From assembly GCA_945861235.1 (NCBI GenBank), contig CAMATV010000001.1, positions 1-33,167 on the forward strand: a stretch of 33,167 nt of DNA, read 5' to 3'. The DNA is from Opitutus sp. GAS368. GTDB taxonomy: Bacteria > Verrucomicrobiota > Verrucomicrobiia > Opitutales > Opitutaceae. The notes under the pieces are model-generated. The model did not search any database and was not told the origin of the DNA. It saw only the letters and a program-made list of their open reading frames with translations. The translations under genes were made by a program, and so were the position numbers. Of this stretch, positions 10,228 through 17,655 are shown in pieces (the stretch's first letter is position 1; each line of letters starts with the position of its first letter).

Positions 10228-11250
10228 CTATTGCGCCTTGCGCAGCACGATCTCGCGATCACCGCGGCGCTCGGCCTTCAGATCGCCGCCGCGCTCCAGC
10301 AGGCTGACAAACGCCTCGACGTTTCCGGCGGCAAACGTGCCACCCACCCGCCGGTCGCCCAAGTCGGCGTCGCCCAGATGCAGTTGGGTGCGGTTTTGCC
10401 GGTTGAATTGCGCAATGACCTTTCGCAGGGGCGTCTCGGAAAAGACCAGCATCTGCTCCTGCCAGGCGATCGCCTCCTGTAATTGCGCGGGCTCCAAACG
10501 CGTGATGATTGGAATCACTTCGGCCGCACCGCGCGGCACGAACGCACGGTCGCCTTTTTCCAAGAGCGGCGCTGCGGCCGGCGCCTCCGGTTTTGCTCCG
10601 GTCCACTGCTCGGGGGTGGACAACCGCACCTTTCCGGAGGTCACCACCACTTCGATCGACGCCGCGGCCATGCGGACGTTAAACGCGGTGCCCACGGCCC
10701 GGACCGTGACTCCACCGGCGGTCACCATAAACGGGCGCGCCTCATCGTGCGCCACCTCGAAATGCGCTTCGCCCGCATCCAGCAGCACGCGGCGCGCGGC
10801 GGAAGAATACTGCACCTTTGCGTTGCTGTTGGCGTTTAGTGTCACGGTGGAGCCATCCGGCAAGTCGATCTTCCGCATCATGCCCGCCGCGGTCGCATAG
10901 CCCGCATTCGGATTTCGGAGATCGTTACGCCACCAGATAAACCCGAGCATGAGCGCCGCGGCCGCCGCGAGCGACCAGACGACCGAGGCTCGGGACCACA
11001 TCGTCTTTCCGGCGGGTTGATGGCTCTGATGAGTGGCGCGGGCGGCAACCGGTGGCATTGCTTCAAGGATGCTCCAGGTCTCCTCCAATCGCTCAACGGC
11101 GTCTGCATGTCGCGGGCTCGCCGTCCGCCAGCGCTCGAATTCCTTCGCGCGTCCAGAGGCAAAGCCTTCGTCGCGTTCGATGAGCCAGGCCACCGCCGCC
11201 TCCTCGATGGGATCATGGTCGTCGAACGGATCGCTTTCCTGGGCGTTCAT
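10228..11250 (-). CDS. FecR-family anti-sigma factor
   Basis: EEAAVAWL...FERWR N-domain, TM helix, LPDGSTVTLNANS, GEAHFEVAHD..RPFMV, AVGTAFNVR and AW....LVF..TPL. Confidence 0.95.
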   Translation of the reverse strand: MNAQESDPFDDHDPIEEAAVAWLIERDEGFASGRAKEFERWRTASPRHADAVERLEETWSILEAMPPVAARATHQSHQPAGKTMWSRASVVWSLAAAAALMLGFIWWRNDLRNPNAGYATAAGMMRKIDLPDGSTVTLNANSNAKVQYSSAARRVLLDAGEAHFEVAHDEARPFMVTAGGVTVRAVGTAFNVRMAAASIEVVVTSGKVRLSTPEQWTGAKPEAPAAAPLLEKGDRAFVPRGAAEVIPIITRLEPAQLQEAIAWQEQMLVFSETPLRKVIAQFNRQNRTQLHLGDADLGDRRVGGTFAAGNVEAFVSLLERGGDLKAERRGDREIVLRKAQ

Positions 11251-11804
11251 GACGCGGCCTTTTTCATGGTTTTTCCGTTCTGCAGCAGATCGCGCGAGGC
11301 GAAGAATTTGGCGCAGCGCCGAACGCCGCGGCCCAGTTGCACCTTTACAGTGTCGGTCGTGACGCCAAGGCGCTCGGCAATCTCCTTGTAGCTGAGGTTT
11401 TCCTGAAACCGCAGTTGCACCACTTCACGGCAGCGCTCCGGGAGACTGGCGAGGGCTTCCGCCAACGTCTCGTGCCGTTGGCGTTCATCCAAGAGATCGC
11501 CGACCCCGGGGGCCTCTTCCAGCGTAGGCAGTTCGTGCAATTCGGTCATTTCGACATGCTCATTTCTGGCCCGGCGGCGGAACAGATCCACGGCGACATT
11601 GTGCGCGGTCGAAAAGAAAAACGCCCGCGCGTGTCTGATCCCATCGCCTTTGGTCTGCGCCCGCAACATGCGTGAGAAAGACTCCTGCACGACGTCGTCC
11701 TGATCCCGCAGCGACGGGAAGCGCGACGTCAAATAGGCTCGGACGGCCGGTTCGTGCGGTTGCACATGCTCGGCAAACCATTGGAGTTCTTCAGGAGGGG
11801 ACAT
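11247..11804 (-). CDS. ECF RNA polymerase sigma-70 factor (FecI-like)
   Basis: DDVVQESF region 2, LASLPERCREVVQLR and LSYKEIAERLGVT..TVK region 4. ATGA overlap with the FecR gene. Confidence 0.95.
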   Translation of the reverse strand: MSPPEELQWFAEHVQPHEPAVRAYLTSRFPSLRDQDDVVQESFSRMLRAQTKGDGIRHARAFFFSTAHNVAVDLFRRRARNEHVEMTELHELPTLEEAPGVGDLLDERQRHETLAEALASLPERCREVVQLRFQENLSYKEIAERLGVTTDTVKVQLGRGVRRCAKFFASRDLLQNGKTMKKAAS

Positions 11805-11895
11805 CGGTCGGGGTTTTCCGTCGGGCGCAATAATGATTACCGCCGCCGGCCTACATGGGAAGTCAGGAAGAGCGGAAGTCGGCGAAAAGACTGAA

Positions 11896-12012
11896 AAAAC
11901 ATACCTGCGAGACCTGCGGGTGGTTTCTTTCGGTCACGGCCAAAACCCGGTTTTTGGGCGGGGGCTGATCGGAAGCTGGATTTTCAGGGGGATCGGATCC
12001 GGGAGGGGCTTT
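11896..12012 (+). repeat. Hairpin arm (11896-11964) + core repeat copy 2
   Basis: 11896-11984 is identical over 89 bp to 31983-32071 and continues into the full core CAGGGGGATCGGATCCGGGAGGGG. Confidence 0.95.
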
Positions 12013-12081
12013 TAACTTCGGCTTGGCTCCCGACCTTGGGCATCGCGACTGGTCTGCTGCGTGCGGCCGTGGACCCCTAGC

Positions 12082-12148
12082 AGGGTTCAGGTTTTAGTCG
12101 GCACATTCCGGCGGCTGACATTGGACATTAAAACCTGAGCCTTTTTTT
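12082..12148 (+). terminator. Intrinsic terminator/attenuator-like structure
   Basis: AGGGTTCAGGTTTTA pairs with TAAAACCTGAGCCTT (two G-U wobbles on + strand), with an inner GTCGGC/GCTGAC stem, ending in a T7 run. Confidence 0.65.
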
Positions 12149-12300
12149 GTTCCCTTGCCGAACCCCGGAATCAATTGCGCCGAAGAACGTTTACCCAGCT
12201 TCAACCGCCGCGACCCCAAACCCCAAAGCCTTCTCTGAGGAAGCGCGACGAGCGGCCGGCCATGCCCGAAAGCGGGCGCGAACGTCGAGCCTTTGGTCGG

Positions 12301-13614
12301 TCAGGATTCGTTGGCCTTGAGCACGCGAAGCATGTTGCCGCCGATAATTTTCTGGATCGTTTGATCGCTGTGTCCTCGCTGGACCATGCCGACGGTAAAC
12401 AGCGGCCAGTTGGTCCAGGCCAGCGAAGTGTCACGGTCCGGGCTGAGGGCACCCGGTGGCCAGAGGGCCTCCCAGCGGACTCGCGTTGGGTTGTTACGTG
12501 CCGGTAGTTTGACGTCGTTGGGTTTCACGCGGGATGTGTAGCCTGTGTCCGTGCCAATGCCGACGTGATTGGCGCCGAACCGCTTCACTAAATAGTCGAT
12601 GTGATCAAGGAAGGCGACGAGGTCTTTGTTACCGCCGAGGAAGTGGCCAATGCAGCAGACGCCGATGAGGCCATCGGTGTCGGCGATGGCTTTGATGACC
12701 TCGTCCTTCTTCGCGCGGATGTGTGGGTTGAGGGCGGCCGCAGAACTGTGGCTGGCGACCATGGGCTTCTTCGTGATTTTCGCAGCGTCGAAGCCGGTCT
12801 TCTGGCTGCTGTGAGCGCAGTCGGCGATTACCCCCTGGCGGTTGAGCTCGGCCACGACCATTTGGCCGAAGTCGCTCAGTCCGGCATCGATCGGCTCACC
12901 GCAGCCGTCGCCGATCGGGTTCCGTCGGTTGTACGTGAGGTGCATCATGCGCACGCCCAGCTCGGCAAAGACGCGGATATGACGCATTTCGTCGACGGTG
13001 TTGTTCCAATGTCCGACGAGGGGAACGCCATTGGTCGTCATCGTGATGGCGTGGTGGCCCGCTTTCTTGGCCGCGACAATCTCGTCCGCGCGCACCGCTT
13101 TAGGAAACCGTTCGCGCAGGCGGTCAGTGACGTAGACCCAACGGGCGAGTCTTTTCATGAGCCGCATCGGATCATTCCCCTCCTCGCCGGCGTTGCGGAT
13201 GATCGCCGTGACGCCAGCGGCCTGCCAAGCGCCCTCGTATTCAGCCCGCTCGGCGGCGTCGGTGACCATTCGGGTCATGCCCATGTCTTCGCGGGCATCG
13301 GCGATTTCCTGCTCAGCTGCGCCGGAGTTCATGATCTTCGCCAGGACGGCGTTATCGACTGCCGCGGCTGGGCCGAAGCCGTAGACGTCGAGCACCACGG
13401 AGTTAGCATGCAGCTCGAGGCCATGTTCGAGGTCTTTCGCGGAAGGTTTGAGGAGGGCGAGGCCGACCTGGCGGTGGGCGGCGATCTGCGTATTGGTGGC
13501 CGCAGGGGCAGGCCCGGCCGGCGCGGCGCCTTGGGCGGAGGGCAGCAAACTGGGTGCAACGAGGGGCGCGGCGGCTGCGACCAAGGAGTTGGCGAGGAAA
13601 GAACGACGGTTCAT
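12301..13614 (-). CDS. Tat-exported membrane dipeptidase (peptidase M19 family)
   Basis: MNRRSFL Tat signal at ATG 13614, GVRMMHLTYNRRN, DCAH, ASHS, HIDY...GANHVGIGTD and KIIGGNMLRV. Confidence 0.9.
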   Translation of the reverse strand: MNRRSFLANSLVAAAAPLVAPSLLPSAQGAAPAGPAPAATNTQIAAHRQVGLALLKPSAKDLEHGLELHANSVVLDVYGFGPAAAVDNAVLAKIMNSGAAEQEIADAREDMGMTRMVTDAAERAEYEGAWQAAGVTAIIRNAGEEGNDPMRLMKRLARWVYVTDRLRERFPKAVRADEIVAAKKAGHHAITMTTNGVPLVGHWNNTVDEMRHIRVFAELGVRMMHLTYNRRNPIGDGCGEPIDAGLSDFGQMVVAELNRQGVIADCAHSSQKTGFDAAKITKKPMVASHSSAAALNPHIRAKKDEVIKAIADTDGLIGVCCIGHFLGGNKDLVAFLDHIDYLVKRFGANHVGIGTDTGYTSRVKPNDVKLPARNNPTRVRWEALWPPGALSPDRDTSLAWTNWPLFTVGMVQRGHSDQTIQKIIGGNMLRVLKANES

Positions 13615-13675
13615 CGTGGGAGGGAGGTTTGTGCTGAAGATTTTTTTGGAAATCGGTGAGAGGGGTCGCCGCGGC

Positions 13676-16600
13676 TTAAAACCGGCCGCTGACTCCGAGT
13701 GTGACGGTGACGTAGTTGTACATGATATCCTGAGCGCGCCCCGGGACGCCCTGATAGAGCCGCTGGGGTGCGTTAAAGATATTTGCCACGTCGCCGGTGA
13801 GTGAGACCGCCGGACGCAATTGATAGGCCAGACCCAGGTTGGTGGTCTTGAAAGAATACCGATAGAGGCTCGCCCCTGGACTCGTGCTGTTGTAACTGGA
13901 GATGTAGTTGCCGGTATAGTTATAAAGGATCCGGGTGCTGAAGCTCTGGTAGCGCCAGCTGAGACTGACATTGCCTGCCTTGGGGATGAAGCCGGGGACC
14001 TGCCCCGTCTTGCGCTCGGCCGTAGTGCCAAAGTTCCCCTTCGTGTCGATGACCGTATAGTTGGCGGCCCCGCTCAGACCCTTGAAAAGTCCCGGAAGAA
14101 AAGTGAACTGCTGGCGGTAGCTGAACTCCCATCCATCTACGGTGGCCGTGCCGTTGTTGGAGGAGGTTAGGCGCATGAAGCCGGCGTATTCACCATTATA
14201 GCCGTTGTCAGGTCCGGTGGGGACGATGCCGGTATTGGTGCCCGTCACGATATAATCCTTGATGGTCTTCTTGAACCAGCCGAGCGAAACGTTGCCGACG
14301 GGCTCGAAATAATAGTCGAGGGTGAAGTCCCAGTTCTTCGCGGTTTGCGGCAGGAGGCTGGGGTTGTTAATGGTGACAGTCTGGGTGGTCTCGTTGGCGG
14401 ATTCGCTGGGCAAGAGATTCGAAATGGCGGGTCGGCCGAAGCTGGTGGACCAACTGAGGCGGGCCTTGATGTCCTTGGTCAGATCATGGGTGAGGTGGGC
14501 GCTGGGGAACGATTTCGTATAGCTGCCCTTGCTCGCGCGCGCGGCACTTTCGTAATCGCGTTTCGCCGAACCCGCTGGATCGGCGACCTGCTGGGCGTTG
14601 GTGCTGCGGAGATTGGCGCGGACAAGGACCCAGCCCTGGCCCTCTGTATCGGTTTTTTCAGTACGTACGCCGGCGAGATAGCCCGTGCGACCAAGCCAAC
14701 CCTCGCGAGCGAGATTACCTTGGGCCATGAAATATCCGGCCGTCACCTCCTCGGATAAACTTCGCGTGCCGGAGTATTTGTTTGATTCGAAGAAATAGCC
14801 ATCTTCCAGCCAGAGGGCGGGGTTGGCAGGGAAGATGCCGGCCGAGCCGCCTCCGAAAAAATCGGATGTCTGCCACCGGGGAAGTTTCAGAGCGGTTTTG
14901 ATATTATTATAGGGGCGAGCGTTGGGATCGGCGGCGAGGCCGGTGGTGCCGAGATAGCTCCAACGCCGGGAGTAATTGGCGAGAGACACTTTCTGCGCGC
15001 GCCAAGATAAACCGGCTTTAAGGTGGGCGGGCACGGCCGTGGGCACGGTATAGCGCACGTTTCCGCGGGCTTGAGGCAGGGTCTGCGGTTGCTCGGAACT
15101 GGTCTTCAGAAGTCCGTTTGCGATCGGGCGATAGTTGGCCCCATTGGTGACGTCGAGCCCGGCAGTTTGGGTGAATCGGGGGAAGACATCCGACAGCGTG
15201 CGATCGATGGTCCAGCCGACGTTGCTCAAGCGGTTCGTGAGTGTGGTCTGGCCGCCTTGGGGCAGCAGGCCGGATTGCTGGTGGTTGCGGCTGAAGCTGA
15301 CGTTGTAGTCTATCCGCCATCGGCCGTACTCGTGCTCGGCTCCGAAATCCAGCAGGTACGTTTCAACGACATAGCTGTTCGGGCCATTGTTCACGATATC
15401 GATCATCGCTCCTGGAATCTGCCGTACCTGGGTGATTTTTTCGGTGTAGCCGGGGACGACCCCAGAGGTCGTCGCGTTTGGCACGGTGGTCCCATTCCCG
15501 GTGTACGCCGTCGCATTGTCGGTTCGGCGGAACCGCTCGACATTATCATTGATCGTCGCCGAGAGCGAAAACTTGGTGCTGAACGAATGACGGTAATCCG
15601 TCTTTACGTTCACGCTTCGCTGCATGCGGTTGTTATAACCTTCCCTCGTCTGGTAACTCCATTGGTAAGCGGGTTCGTTGAGATTGGTGGTGTTCTGAAA
15701 TTGGTTGGTCACGCGAAACTGACCGACGGCATTTTCGCTGTAAAAAATATTTGCCGCGATGCCCAGATTGCGAGTGCCCCCGAACACGCTGAAGACCTCC
15801 TGATAAGCGAGGTTCAATAAAGGATGGGAGCGGTGCTCCTCGCGCCGCGGCACCTGCTCGGTAAAGGCGGGGGCGGTCCTGACCGTCGCACTATAAGTTA
15901 CTCGGCGTTTTTCTTTCATGTTTAACGGCGACCGTGTCTTCATGTTGATCGTACCGCCGAGCGAGTCGGCTGTTTTGTCAGGCGTGTGCCCCTTGATCAC
16001 CTCTAATTGCTCGAACATCGTACCGGAGATGCTCTGGAGTTCGAAGGCGCGATTTGTGCCGATACTGGCCATGAGCCCTCCGTCTACGGTGACGGTGTTG
16101 AGCCCGGGCGCCATGCCGCGGATATTGAAAGCGTAGGCCAATCCCTCCTCGCTGGGGCTGCCGGCGATACCGGGCAGTCGCATCACGACCTCGCCTGCGC
16201 TCATATTAGGCAAGTTGCCGAAAGAATCCATCGCGACGATGTTCTTCACATTGCTCGCGTTCCGCTGTGCCGTGATGGCGAGCGCGTCACCTTCGCGTTC
16301 ACCCGTGACCTTGAACGCGTCCAACCTATAAATATTCGAGCTGAGTTCGAAATCGCGCAAGGCCCGCTGACCGGCGCCGATCGTAATCTGGCCGTTCGCG
16401 GAATCGAGGCCGATGTAGGATACGGCTATCTCGTGAGTGCCCGCCCGCACACCGGTGAGCACATAGCGGCCGGTGTTGTCGGTGAGGGCCTTGAGGCCTA
16501 GAGTTGGTAGCTCGACTCTCGCGCCTTCGAGCAGATTGCGGGTGGCGGAATTGCTGATCGTTCCGGTGATGGTACTGACGGGGGTCTCCGCGTTGATCGA

Positions 16601-16690
16601 TTTTTCGTCGACTGCCCGAGAACCGGGAGCGAGGGCCGAGGCGAGCACCATCGAGGCGAGCACGCGGAATTCTGAAGAACTTATTTTCAT
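13676..16690 (-). CDS. TonB-dependent receptor (TBDR2)
   Basis: Signal peptide, carboxypeptidase-regulatory-like domain, plug (EVIKGHTPDKTADSLGGTINM) and C-terminal GVSGRF. Confidence 0.93.
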   Translation of the reverse strand: MKISSSEFRVLASMVLASALAPGSRAVDEKSINAETPVSTITGTISNSATRNLLEGARVELPTLGLKALTDNTGRYVLTGVRAGTHEIAVSYIGLDSANGQITIGAGQRALRDFELSSNIYRLDAFKVTGEREGDALAITAQRNASNVKNIVAMDSFGNLPNMSAGEVVMRLPGIAGSPSEEGLAYAFNIRGMAPGLNTVTVDGGLMASIGTNRAFELQSISGTMFEQLEVIKGHTPDKTADSLGGTINMKTRSPLNMKEKRRVTYSATVRTAPAFTEQVPRREEHRSHPLLNLAYQEVFSVFGGTRNLGIAANIFYSENAVGQFRVTNQFQNTTNLNEPAYQWSYQTREGYNNRMQRSVNVKTDYRHSFSTKFSLSATINDNVERFRRTDNATAYTGNGTTVPNATTSGVVPGYTEKITQVRQIPGAMIDIVNNGPNSYVVETYLLDFGAEHEYGRWRIDYNVSFSRNHQQSGLLPQGGQTTLTNRLSNVGWTIDRTLSDVFPRFTQTAGLDVTNGANYRPIANGLLKTSSEQPQTLPQARGNVRYTVPTAVPAHLKAGLSWRAQKVSLANYSRRWSYLGTTGLAADPNARPYNNIKTALKLPRWQTSDFFGGGSAGIFPANPALWLEDGYFFESNKYSGTRSLSEEVTAGYFMAQGNLAREGWLGRTGYLAGVRTEKTDTEGQGWVLVRANLRSTNAQQVADPAGSAKRDYESAARASKGSYTKSFPSAHLTHDLTKDIKARLSWSTSFGRPAISNLLPSESANETTQTVTINNPSLLPQTAKNWDFTLDYYFEPVGNVSLGWFKKTIKDYIVTGTNTGIVPTGPDNGYNGEYAGFMRLTSSNNGTATVDGWEFSYRQQFTFLPGLFKGLSGAANYTVIDTKGNFGTTAERKTGQVPGFIPKAGNVSLSWRYQSFSTRILYNYTGNYISSYNSTSPGASLYRYSFKTTNLGLAYQLRPAVSLTGDVANIFNAPQRLYQGVPGRAQDIMYNYVTVTLGVSGRF

Positions 16691-16706
16691 AGTGGCGGAA
16701 ATTTTA

Positions 16707-17028
16707 CTCAAAAGAATACCTTTTTGAGACGGGGGTTACTGATAACGGACTGGCTTTTCAGGGGGATCATAAGGGACTGGATTTTCAGGGGATCGGATCC
16801 GGAAGGAGTTTAAGGGGAGGGGCATGGTGGGAGCTGGATGAGTTAGCCGTAAATCAGTCGATTTTGAGATGGCGGCGGGTTCGGCTGAGGATGGAGACTT
16901 GGGGTGGGGAACGGCTGCGACGGAAAGGGGGCTTTCGGGCGCGAATCGAGGCTCTGCTTGCCGATTTGGGGCAAGCAGCGCGGGGTGGGGATGCGCGGAT
17001 GCAGTGATCCGGATCGCTCGGAGTCAAG
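16707..17028 (+). repeat. Diverged hairpin arm + core copies 3 (16738-16768, truncated) and 4 (from 16769) + ~250-bp extension
   Basis: Nested partial duplication of the core. 16776-17028 aligns by eye with 32151-32404. Confidence 0.9.
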
Positions 17029-17247
17029 GAGCCAGCGTTTTTAGAATCGCGGTAAACGCCTAACCGGGGTCGGAACCCCTTGCGCGGACGCGCCACCAAT
17101 GACACCCCACACGGCCTTCGGCATCAGACTGCTAGACGGGCTTAGAAAATACCCGTGCAAGGACGATGGAGCTATTGCCTCGCGGAAAGAACCGCTCACC
17201 TGCATGCACGATCTGCGGCTATATCGCGGCATCGCGCACGCTGTTGA

Positions 17248-17329
17248 TTTCTGTCACGGCCAAAATCCGATTTTGGGGCGGGGGCTGCTAGGAAACTGAA
17301 TTTTTAGGGGGATCGGATCCGGGAGGGTT
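17248..17329 (+). repeat. Hairpin arm + core repeat copy 5
   Basis: TTTCTGTCACGGCCAAAATCCGATTTTGGGGCGGGGGCTGCTAGGAAACTGAATTTTTAGGGGGATCGGATCCGGGAGGGTT. Confidence 0.93.
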
Positions 17330-17509
17330 AATCGCCACCCGGGCGGTTCCCGCGATGGCGACCGAAGCTCCGGCAAGGTATAAACGGGTCGCGGCGTTGT
17401 TAACCTCGCTGGTGAGGCTGGCCGCAGGGGCGGAGGAAACCGGCGCGGAAGACGAAAACAAGGCTCCGAGGGTGGTGAGGAGGAAAGCGAAAGGACGGGA
17501 ACGTTTCAT
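17330..17509 (-). pseudogene. N-terminal fragment of a fifth TonB-dependent receptor, cut at the repeat
   Basis: MKRSRPFAFLLTTLGALF signal + ASLTSEVNNAATRLYLAGASVAIAGT, matching the starts of TBDR2 (TITGTISNSATRNLLEGARV) and TBDR4 (SLTGFVSNAETKRGLEGAIV). Confidence 0.75.
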
Positions 17510-17655
17510 GTCGGTGCGCGGCGTATTCGTGGTGGGTAGTTTCAGGGGCACGGGGGCATAGGATGGCCAACGGGCGGCGGAACGGCCGCTATTACTACCC
17601 CCCAGGAATCAAGCAATTCATCAGCCGGCGAAATCAGATCACCGTCGGGATTCAA

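Noticed and set aside
13615..14031. N-terminal extensions in the ORF track for the dipeptidase, esterase (25395-25700) and TBDR3 (28382-28672)
   Set aside because: They overlap upstream genes or promoter DNA. Signal peptides indicate the downstream starts.
16691..16700. AGTGGCGGAA shared with 28831-28840
   Set aside because: A 10-bp match on opposite sides of the motif is compatible with chance.
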